DNA of 25,498 nucleotides from Verrucomicrobiota bacterium (GTDB taxonomy: Bacteria; Verrucomicrobiota; Verrucomicrobiia; Limisphaerales; CANJXF01): the NCBI GenBank assembly GCA_038214755.1, contig JBBQRQ010000076.1:1-25498 (forward strand). The letters run 5' to 3'. Under the pieces are notes generated by a model, which saw only the letters and a list, made by a program, of their open reading frames with translations, did not search any database and was not told where the DNA came from. Made by a program: the position numbers and the translations under genes. This document shows positions 17,701-25,498 of the stretch, in pieces. How positions within the stretch are numbered: position 1 is the first letter of the stretch; the number at the start of each line of letters is the position of its first letter.

Positions 17701-19770
17701 TTATCTCCGCAATTTTCTATCCAATTCATCGATCATCACTTTCAACAGCACCGCCAGAATGGGCTGGGATTCGAGTCGCGGACGAATTTTTTTCGGCATC
17801 TTCGGAATGGCTTCAAGAAATTGCGCGAGAATTATCTGGGTCAGCGCGGGCTGCCTGGATGCTTCGAATAACTCAAAAGTTTGTTTGGGTGCCGAACTTG
17901 TCATAGCTTCAACAAACTTTTCCATCTCGGTATCGAAGGCGTCGCACAAACGATCAAAGTTCAACGCGGGCGAATGAAAACCCGCCGGAACCAGAGCAAA
18001 TCGGGCCTGCACCAGGAACGCAACCAGCACGTCGAACTCTTGATCTTCGACCATGTCCGCCACCACGCTCCAGGCATCGTCGATGAAAGTGGAACCGCTG
18101 GCCTCAAGTTCGCCCAACGCCTGCGCCGCACTGTCGAAGGCAACCATCACCTCAGCCAACCGGTCCATTGCTTCTGGCAAAGAAAAGGGTTCGTCGGGCA
18201 ACGGCGGCGCAGGTGGAAAATCAAGCGTATCAGTTAAATCATCTTCCTCCTCCGCCAATTCCTGGTTGAACATTTTTTCTCTCGGCGGACGAATCGGAGG
18301 AGGATCAAAAATAAGTTCGTTCAACCCCAGTTCGCGCAGCATCCAATTGAGGTCGTTGCTCTGCCCCGTTTCCAGATTGCGTTCGTCCTGCATCCGCACG
18401 CGTTGTTTCATCAGTCGAATCAATTTGGGACGCACGGCTGGATCACGCGCGGCCTGGCGAGGTGTGCGCCCCTCCAGCGCCGGAATGGAATCATCGAGGA
18501 AGGCCCGGTCTTGCTCGAGGAACAATTCGTGTTCCAAATCTTTCAATGATTTTCCCCGAGGCGGCGCGTCCACCCGTGAGGAACTCAAAAGAATTTTTTG
18601 CGGTTGTTCGAGCAGTTTGGGCGGAACGAGCGACTCATTTATTTTTGGCTCTTTTTCCTTCATGCGAACGGCAAGGTCATCGCGCAGTTCGCCGGTGAAC
18701 CGGACGCGCCCGCCCAGTTGCGTTTCAAATTGTTCGCGCAAACGGGCGAGGCGTTCCGCGCCCATGGCTTCGAGGCGGCAGTGCGATTGGCCCAGCAGAA
18801 CTCGACCCAGCGCGGGCCGGACGCTGCCAAATTTCACGGCCTCTTCGTCGGAGAACCAGACGCGCGCCTCCGCAAATCCTTCGTCGCGCTCATTGGGAGC
18901 AAGGCGATCGGGTTCGATTTCCGGCACGTCATCGAGCATGTCGCGGCACTCGCCAAAAGACGCGCGCAATTCGTAAACCGCCTTTCCGAATTGCGCGTCC
19001 ACTCCGGCGAACATTTGCAGGCGGCGCGCGTTGGCGGTGGCGTGCAAGGCTTCATCAAACCGGACAAAATTTTCCGCCAGCCAGAGGCGCAATTCATTTT
19101 CCGTGGCGGGTCCACCGAGGTGTCGCGCAATTTCACTCACTATTTCGGCGGCCTCGAATTGCGCCATCTCCGGCAGGACGATGGCCGTTCCGCTCAACCG
19201 CCGATAATGTGGCAGCGGATAAATCCAGACCAGCGCCGTGCCAAAGCGCACCGCCATCGCAGCCAGACTTCGGTCCTGCAACAAAAACGGTTTTGGTTCC
19301 GCGCATAACAAATCGACCGCTTCAATTCGTTGATCATCGAGCACCCGGTGGATTTCGAGCAGGGCGACGCGCGTTTGCATTTTGGCGCGCAAGAGCACGC
19401 GCTCATCATTTTTCAAACCGGCCGCGCGCTCCCATTTTTCCGTCAGCGTCAAGCCGGAGTCGTCGCGCCGGAAAAAAAATTGCCATTCATAAAAGGCGTG
19501 GATGGCGTGAATGGAATGATTGGCGTAGGCCTTTTGCATCGCCTTATCGAGCGACGGAAATCTTCTGGTCTCGTCCTTAATGAATGCCATGCACTTTTTG
19601 TCCAACGCGTCTTCGATCTCGAGAAGCTGGCTGTAATTCGCGGGCGCCATCGGCGAATAAATGCAATCGGCTGGACAGGCGTAATGACTGCCCCGATTCT
19701 CACCGCATTCCGCCGGGGTGATCTCATGCGTGACGGCCGGACAATACCGGCGCTTGGAAACTTTGCTCAT
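17701..19770 (-). CDS. Uncharacterised 689-aa protein with N-terminal Cys4 motif and internal MbcA/ParS/Xre (DUF2384)-like segment
   Basis: N-terminus CPAV..ECGENRGSHYACPADC; internal FLDDSIPALEGRTPRQAARDP..KLIRLMK..LRELGL. Confidence 0.75.
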   Translation of the reverse strand: MSKVSKRRYCPAVTHEITPAECGENRGSHYACPADCIYSPMAPANYSQLLEIEDALDKKCMAFIKDETRRFPSLDKAMQKAYANHSIHAIHAFYEWQFFFRRDDSGLTLTEKWERAAGLKNDERVLLRAKMQTRVALLEIHRVLDDQRIEAVDLLCAEPKPFLLQDRSLAAMAVRFGTALVWIYPLPHYRRLSGTAIVLPEMAQFEAAEIVSEIARHLGGPATENELRLWLAENFVRFDEALHATANARRLQMFAGVDAQFGKAVYELRASFGECRDMLDDVPEIEPDRLAPNERDEGFAEARVWFSDEEAVKFGSVRPALGRVLLGQSHCRLEAMGAERLARLREQFETQLGGRVRFTGELRDDLAVRMKEKEPKINESLVPPKLLEQPQKILLSSSRVDAPPRGKSLKDLEHELFLEQDRAFLDDSIPALEGRTPRQAARDPAVRPKLIRLMKQRVRMQDERNLETGQSNDLNWMLRELGLNELIFDPPPIRPPREKMFNQELAEEEDDLTDTLDFPPAPPLPDEPFSLPEAMDRLAEVMVAFDSAAQALGELEASGSTFIDDAWSVVADMVEDQEFDVLVAFLVQARFALVPAGFHSPALNFDRLCDAFDTEMEKFVEAMTSSAPKQTFELFEASRQPALTQIILAQFLEAIPKMPKKIRPRLESQPILAVLLKVMIDELDRKLRR

Positions 19771-19824
19771 AACCGAAATAAAAAATGGCAAAGATGCTTT
19801 GATGAAACCAGCAATGTTTCGCTA

Positions 19825-19988
19825 AACCTGAACCTGAACCTGAACCTGAAATCCGAAATCCGAAAGAAATCCGAAGCCCGAAAGCCGAAAGCCTCGCGGG
19901 AATTGTGCGCGTGGCAAAGCCGTTTTCTGCGCGCGGGTGAGAAGTCGCTTTCGCTCTTCTTTCGGATTTCACGGATTCGGATTTCCGG
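19825..19988. repeat. (AACCTG)4 tandem fused to an AAATCCG heptamer-type palindromic element
   Basis: AACCTG x4 at 19825-19848, then AAATCCG AAATCCG AAAG AAATCCG AAGCCCG AAAGCCG; complementary TTCGGATTTC..TTCGGATTTCCGG at ~19961-19988. Confidence 0.8.
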
Positions 19989-19993
19989 CCCTC

Positions 19994-20194
19994 TCACGCC
20001 GCCTCGACTAAAGCATGGGTGCGTTGCTCGATTTCGTCGTGCAGCCGCTGCATCTCGTCCAGCGGGCCTTCGGCCATCAGCGCGAACATTTTGCGATTCT
20101 TCGGAAGGATTTCGGTGCGCAAATGTTCGAGAATGCGATTCATCAATTCAAGTTGCTCAATGGTCTGCGCAAGAATGGCCTCATCTTTTTTCAT
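19994..20194 (-). CDS. Small helical hypothetical protein, 66 aa
   Basis: MKKDEAILAQTIEQLELMNRILEHLRTEILPKNRKMFALMAEGPLDEMQRL, coiled-coil-like. Alternative start at 20236. Confidence 0.7.
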   Translation of the reverse strand: MKKDEAILAQTIEQLELMNRILEHLRTEILPKNRKMFALMAEGPLDEMQRLHDEIEQRTHALVEAA

Positions 20195-20242
20195 AATTTG
20201 AATGATTTTGTTTTCGGCTTTGATACCCAAACTCATCTCGGT

Positions 20243-21442
20243 TCATTTCCGAAACGCCTCCATCAATCGCAAAATCTCTTCGCGGATGCCAAAAAGTTCC
20301 TGGCGCGTTTGCGTCAGCACATTTTCCGGCAGCAATTTTTTCGGCGCAACTTTTTCCAAACCCGCCTGCCCTTTGTGCAAATGGCCCAACGCGCGTTTGA
20401 GACAGGCCACGATGAAACCCCGCTCGTGCGTGTCGCGACCGTAGGCCAACCCGTTCAATGCGCCCGCCAGTTTTGCGCTGGTGGTTTGAAATTCGCCAAT
20501 GAGTTGTTGCAGATCGTCGTCATTTTCCATCACACCCAGCTCATTACATTTGTCCCACAACGCCATCGCGCTTTCGTGACAACGATGTTGCAACGGATGC
20601 CGAACATCCGCCAAGCCGCCATCATCCACCCGAATCCAATCCACGCCTTCAGTGAGGGGATCGGGTTGCGGCGGATTTTCTTCAGCGTCCCGACAAATCT
20701 CATTCATCTCGTCCACATCGAACGATTGTCCGATTGGCGGCTCGGAATCATCGTCACGATGCCAGCCCATTTCTTTCGCAATCAATTCTTCGTTCTCCGG
20801 GCCGTGACCGTATTTGTCGAGCAACTCCATGTATTTGTCGGTGATGGCGTCGCTTTCGCGCAGGCCTTTCTCGAAATCAAATTCGTCCCAATCCTGAATC
20901 TCCTCCGGGCCAGCATGGCGTTTTGATTCAACCGCGTCGCTCAGTTTTTTTGTGAAATTATTCCAGCCACCTTCAGCATTTTTTGCGCGCTCAATCTCGT
21001 CGGCTTTGCTCAATTGCCATGCCGGCGGAGAAATGTGGATTTGATAATCCGCGCTCTCGATGACGACACGCCCGTCGCCTTCGCTGTACCACTCCACGTA
21101 AATGGAATTTGCTGTGTGCTCCGGTGGTTTTTCGCCACGGTCAATCATCGCGAAAGCTTCGTTGAGCGGAATGTCAAACACGCGGACTTTCCGCGACGCG
21201 GTGATGTCGCCGACAGTGCCGCGCTGGATCGGTTGAAAATTTTTTAAATCACCTCGCGCCTGTTTCTCACCTGGATTCTCAAACGTCAGCAAACAACCCG
21301 CGACGTCCCCGTGCGCGTTGCCTTTCAATTCGAGCGCGACCGACTCCGCGCGATCCGCCAGCCAGATGCGTCCGCGCACCATTCCTTTTTCGCGATTATC
21401 AATTTCGCCGCGCACCACGCTGTCATGAATTCTTAAAGCCAT
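20243..21442 (-). CDS. Uncharacterised acidic protein, 399 aa
   Basis: Beta-rich N-terminus (RGEIDNREKG.VRGRIWL, LKGN..GDVAGC, GDITASRKV, YVEWYSE..GRVVIES), then an acidic WDEFDFEK..ESD motif and a helical C-terminus. Confidence 0.82.
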   Translation of the reverse strand: MALRIHDSVVRGEIDNREKGMVRGRIWLADRAESVALELKGNAHGDVAGCLLTFENPGEKQARGDLKNFQPIQRGTVGDITASRKVRVFDIPLNEAFAMIDRGEKPPEHTANSIYVEWYSEGDGRVVIESADYQIHISPPAWQLSKADEIERAKNAEGGWNNFTKKLSDAVESKRHAGPEEIQDWDEFDFEKGLRESDAITDKYMELLDKYGHGPENEELIAKEMGWHRDDDSEPPIGQSFDVDEMNEICRDAEENPPQPDPLTEGVDWIRVDDGGLADVRHPLQHRCHESAMALWDKCNELGVMENDDDLQQLIGEFQTTSAKLAGALNGLAYGRDTHERGFIVACLKRALGHLHKGQAGLEKVAPKKLLPENVLTQTRQELFGIREEILRLMEAFRK

Positions 21443-21514
21443 AGTCAGATTTGCGTTTCGAGTTTTGGCGATAGTGACCAAAATTGTTTGTCTGCAAAAG
21501 CAGGAAAAAAGGTC

Positions 21515-21575
21515 AACCGCAAAGGACGCTTTCCTCTGCGCCCTTTGCGCGAACCTCTGCGCCCTCTGCGTTAAA
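21515..21575. repeat. Degenerate CCTCTGCG-type short palindromic repeat
   Basis: AACCGCAAAGGACGC followed by CCTCTGCG CCCTTTGCG..CCTCTGCG CCCTCTGCG TTAAA. Confidence 0.6.
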
Positions 21576-21593
21576 GCCCCGATTTTGCATTAG

Positions 21594-21707
21594 ACCGTAG
21601 CGCAGGTTTTTAACCTGCCGTATCGCGGGTTTGCAACCCGCTGAACGTCGCGACGCCCTGCCGATTGCAAACCGGCGATACAGCAGCTTGCAAAGCTGCG
21701 CTACGGT
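21594..21707. repeat. GTAGCGCAG-type double-hairpin REPIN
   Basis: Ends ACCGTAGCGCAG..CTGCGCTACGGT; same architecture and the same GCTGAACGTCGC linker as 16442-16593. Confidence 0.9.
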
Positions 21708-21770
21708 TTACGCGAATCTCTTTTCTTGTAAATTTTTTGTTTCTTGCGCTTTTTGGTGGTCAATCAATTT

Positions 21771-22913
21771 ATGAAACCACTTCGCATCGGACTCATCGGT
21801 TACGGCTTCATGGGCCGCACGCACTCGAACGCTTTTACGCAGGTCAAAAACTTTTTTGACCTGGAATATCAACCCGTGTTGAAAGCCATTTGCGCGCGCG
21901 ACGAAAAAAATGCCAAGGCGTTCGCAAAAAAGTGGGGTTACGAATCCATCGAAACCGATTGGCGAAAATTGGTGGAACGCGACGACATCGATCTCATCGA
22001 CATCGCCGCGCCCAACAATGTCCACGCAGAAATTGCCATCGCCGCCGCCAAAGCCGGCAAAATGATTCTCTGCGAAAAGCCGCTCGCGATGAATGGAGCG
22101 GAAGCAGAGAAAATTGTCGCCGCCGTCGCCAAGGCCAAAGTGCCGAACATGGTTTGGTATAATTATCGTCGCGTTCCCGCCGTCACACTCGCCAAGCAAC
22201 TCATTGATGAAGGTCGCCTCGGAAAAATTTTTCATTATCGCGCGAAGTTTTTGCAGGACTGGACGATCAACGCCGATCTCCCGCAAGGCGGCGCGGGCCT
22301 CTGGCGTCTGGACGCGAAGGTCGCAGGCAGCGGCGTGACCGGCGATTTGCTCGCGCATTGCATCGACACCGCGCTGTGGCTCAACGGCAGCATCGACCGA
22401 GTGACCGCGACGACTGAAACCTTCGTCAAGCAACGCAAACACACGCTCACCGGCAAGATGGAAAAAGTTTCCATCGACGACGCGAGTTTGTTCCTCGCGC
22501 GATTCACGAATGGCTCGCTCGCCACGTTTGAATCCACCCGTTACGCACGCGGTCACAAAGCGCTTTACACCTTTGAAATCAATGGCGAAAACGGCTCGCT
22601 CTTTTGGGATCTCCACGATCTGCATCGCCTGCAAGTTTTCGATTACAAAGACGAAGGAAAGATTCGCGGCTGGAAATCCGTTCACATCACTGACGGCGAC
22701 CATCCCTACATGAAAAACTGGTGGGTTCCTGGCCTGCAAATCGGTTACGCGGAAACCTTCGTCCATCAAGTGGCGGATTTCATCCAAGGCTTAAGCAGCG
22801 GCAAAATGGCCAGCCCCACTTTCAAAGACGGCCTCGCCACCGATTACGTGACCGACGCCGTTTTGAAATCCGCGAAGACCCTGCGTTGGGAAAAAGTGAA
22901 GAAGGTGAAATGA
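21771..22913 (+). CDS. Gfo/Idh/MocA family NAD(P)-dependent oxidoreductase
   Basis: [55 protein letters not shown]. Confidence 0.95.
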   Translation: MKPLRIGLIGYGFMGRTHSNAFTQVKNFFDLEYQPVLKAICARDEKNAKAFAKKWGYESIETDWRKLVERDDIDLIDIAAPNNVHAEIAIAAAKAGKMILCEKPLAMNGAEAEKIVAAVAKAKVPNMVWYNYRRVPAVTLAKQLIDEGRLGKIFHYRAKFLQDWTINADLPQGGAGLWRLDAKVAGSGVTGDLLAHCIDTALWLNGSIDRVTATTETFVKQRKHTLTGKMEKVSIDDASLFLARFTNGSLATFESTRYARGHKALYTFEINGENGSLFWDLHDLHRLQVFDYKDEGKIRGWKSVHITDGDHPYMKNWWVPGLQIGYAETFVHQVADFIQGLSSGKMASPTFKDGLATDYVTDAVLKSAKTLRWEKVKKVK

Positions 22914-22936
22914 TTGTTTGAACGAATGGTCGTTGA

Positions 22937-23867
22937 TTACTGCCTCGGCTTTTCAAACCCGACGTAAGAAATATTCCCGTTAGCATCTCGCGAACTATAA
23001 ATCACTAGTTTCCCTTCCGCGCCAACTTTCCGAAATGTTGCGCTGGATTGCATCGCGGCACTCGCGTGAGCTTCGGCAAGATTCGTTTTATCAAGCGAAG
23101 TGGTCGCAATGCCGATCAGGCCGGATTAGTTGCCAGATCCAGAGTTCGAAATGTAAGCGGAGAAGAAACGTCGAAGGACATCATCGGGAACCGGACCCGA
23201 GTTTTCAGCAACAACATTGGCCGTCATTTCGTCAAAGTTTTTACCCTGAATTGCTGACATGAAGGATTTGGCAGCACCATCTGCTGTGGTTCTGTCCGAG
23301 TACTGTGACTCGTTCTCGTCGGATTCAAAAGAGATCGCTGGTTTGATCTTATCCGATGGGGCTGATTTTGCGTTATCCGACCCATTCGCCTTTTGACGAA
23401 GCATCGCGACCAAAAGTTTCGCCCACGTGGCGCAGACTTTTGTTCTCGAAATAACGGAGGAGAATCGCGGCGCGATCCGGTTCGTCGAGCGTCTCCATCG
23501 CTTCATCGAGCCACGGTTCGATTTGCGTCCAGTCGGAGGAAGTTGCATTCATATCGGCGAGTTCAACCGCGATTTGTTCACGGGCTTGGCGACGCACTTC
23601 GGCCCGCGACACGTTGAGCGCGGTGCGGCGTGTGACTTGATAAAGCCACGCGGCAAAAACAGTGTCGGCATTCAATCGACAAGCGTTTCGGGCGAGGTCG
23701 GTGAATACCGATTGGGCAATGTCCTCGGCCAATTGCGATGACTTGACCTGGCGCAGCGCCGCCGAATAAACCAGATCGAGATGGCGAGTCACGAGCGCGG
23801 TAAAAGCTTGTTCCGATCCGCGCTCCGCATAGTCCCGTAATAAATCCAATTCAGTCGTCATCTCCAT
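22937..23867 (-). pseudogene. ECF sigma-70 factor with C-terminal extension, disrupted
   Basis: Sigma2 (AFTALVTRHLDLVYSAALRQ, AEDIAQSVF, AWLYQVTR) and the start of sigma4 (DRAAILLRYFENKSLRHVGETFG) are present; similarity then breaks near 23405 with a stop at 23373. A different frame continues protein-like sequence through an in-frame TAA (23126-23128) to TAA 22937-22939. Confidence 0.8.
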
Positions 23868-24145
23868 AAGTATATCCCCGCCCGAACTAGAAATCCGACA
23901 GGAAACCTGCTGCTGAAAATACCCTGAAATATTTTTCATGTCGGGGAGCGGAACAAAATGAGAGAGTATTGTTAGATCAAAACGAGAATAATTGTTGGAT
24001 CAAAAGGAGAATTCTTGGGCGAGCGATGGATTGGACTGGAACCCGTCAAAGCGTTTGTGGTCTCTTGGAAATGTTCTGGCGCAGGATAGGGCTCTGCGGA
24101 AGCGCAACCTGAGCGGCGTCAGAGCCTCAGTTGAGCGATTCAGCT

Positions 24146-24178
24146 ACGGCCTCGGTTTTTAATCGAGGCCGTTTTGTT
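24146..24178 (+). terminator. Intrinsic terminator in the IS leader
   Basis: Stem ACGGCCTCGGTT-ttt-AATCGAGGCCGT (one G-U pair) followed by TTTGTT. Confidence 0.7.
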
Positions 24179-24260
24179 GCCGCGCTGAATCCTTCTCAAC
24201 GAGAGTCCAATGCGAAAAACTTTCCGGGCTTGGGGGGAAAACACTCTAGTCTCGCCTTCC

Positions 24261-25438
24261 ATGAAAAAAAACAGCTCACCCATCGTGTTCCAACTCTCTA
24301 CGTTCAGGAAATTCTGGCCGCCTTCAACGCGGGCCAACTCGACGCGCTCTCGGCCGCACAGCGTCTGTGCCTCAGTCCGGCCCAACTCTACCGACTGCGC
24401 CATCAATGGCTCTGTGACAAAGCTGGCTTCGCGCCCGCTGCCTCCGGCGGCAACCACAAAGTTCACTGGCCTCAAGCCACCCACGATTTTCTGGCTGCCT
24501 TTCTGCCGCACAGCCAGCCCCTCAACTTCTCTCTGCTGACCGATGAACTGGCCCGTCAATTTGACTTTCATCGCTCCCGCGCCGCCGTCGCCGCCTATGT
24601 CCGACAACACTTTCCCCATCTGGTTCCCACCCCCAAACGCGGCCCCAAGCCGCGCCGCCGCTGGCAATGCGCGGCCATCGGCGAACTCTGGCAACATGAT
24701 AGTTCGCCTCATCCCTGGTGGCCCAGCGAACATTATCCCAGCCTCATTCTCACCCTCGACGATCACTCCCGCAAAATCCTCGGCGGCTCCTTCACCCCCA
24801 GCGACACCACTTGGGGGCACTTTGCTCACTTTCGCCCGATCATTGAAAAGCACGGCCCGCCGGCTTGCCTTTACACCGATGGGCTGACTCTCTTCGGCCA
24901 CACCTCCACGGCCGACCGGCTCGACAACCACTCCCAATTCCAACGCGCCTTTACCGCGCTGGGCGTGGCTCATCGCGTCGCTCCCGATGCCCAGGCCAAA
25001 GGCAAAATCGAACGGCGCTTTGGCACCTTGCAAAATCGGCTGGTCACCCTGCTGGCCTATGAAAAAATCACCGACTACAAAAACGCCAACGCGCTGCTCA
25101 AAATCCAGATTGATTGGCACAACCAAAACCACGTCTGTCGCACCACGAACCTGACTCCCAACGCCGCCTGGGAACTGGCGCTCCAAGAAAAACGCAACCA
25201 CTTGCGCCCCGTGCCAGCCGTGCCGTTATTGGATTTGCACTTGGCGCTCTACGTCCAACGCCGACTCAACACCGATTATACTTTGGACTTCCTGGGTCAA
25301 AACTGGCCGGTCACTCCCGTGGCCAACAAAACAGTGACCATTGTCCATCATCCCGAACAGTGCTTCTGGGTCATTGCCCAACGGCCCGATCCCAAAAATC
25401 CGGTCTGGCCAGATGTCCTGGCCCATCACCGCCTCTGA
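24261..25438 (+). CDS. tnp: DDE transposase; ATG 24261 needs a -1 frameshift at the A8 tract
   Basis: N-terminal HTH (AAQRLCLSPAQLYRLR); WQHDSSPH.W, LDDHSR, LYTDG, AQAKGKIERRFGTLQNRL. Confidence 0.9.
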
Positions 25439-25498
25439 TCCAAAAGCCGTTTCTCATTTTGATCTAACATCTTTTCTCATTTTGAACTGTCGCCGACA

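Larger units (their letters stand above)
23939..25498 (+). mobile_element. Complete 1560-bp insertion sequence, IS1202 (ISNCY)/IS481-like
   Basis: Ends TGTCGG..CCGACA. Subterminal CAAAANGAGA repeats at 23954, 23978 and 24001, with inverted TTTCTCATTTTGA at 25450 and 25473. Single DDE transposase. Confidence 0.92.

Noticed and set aside
16857..20926. Several 230-350-aa plus-strand ORFs
   Set aside because: They lie antisense to better-supported minus-strand genes and have atypical composition.
21708..22787. 359-aa minus-strand ORF
   Set aside because: Antisense shadow of the Gfo/Idh/MocA gene.
24140..25201. 353-aa ORF antisense to the transposase
   Set aside because: Explained by codon bias of the sense gene; no motifs.

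Overview
This looks like a Verrucomicrobia/PVC-type chromosome segment (inferred from gene families and repeat types). It starts inside a gene and ends exactly at an IS terminus, so it is probably a whole contig. The host-like backbone holds a 5'-partial giant ThuA + PVC dehydrogenase + CxxCH cytochrome protein, a secreted SGNH/GDSL hydrolase, a lone RfaH-like gene, a TIM-barrel sugar isomerase-family gene and a Gfo/Idh/MocA oxidoreductase. Between the TIM-barrel and Gfo genes lies a 12 kb accessory, defence-like island. Its plus-strand block is an NspV-like Type II R-M pair, a DUF5131 three-Cys protein, a Panacea antitoxin whose partner toxin is cut off at an exact 24-bp direct repeat, and an AAA_14/DUF4143 ATPase. 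Its minus-strand block is four uncharacterised proteins followed by a stand-alone ATP-dependent RNA ligase. The right end carries an ECF sigma pseudogene and a complete IS1202/IS481-like element whose first ATG is out of frame at an A8 slippery tract. Many intergenic gaps hold REP/REPIN-like palindromes of several families, and one such element sits in frame inside a protein. A dual-coded Fic-like pair lies at 5.3-5.9 kb. All family assignments come from motif recognition by eye, not from database searches.
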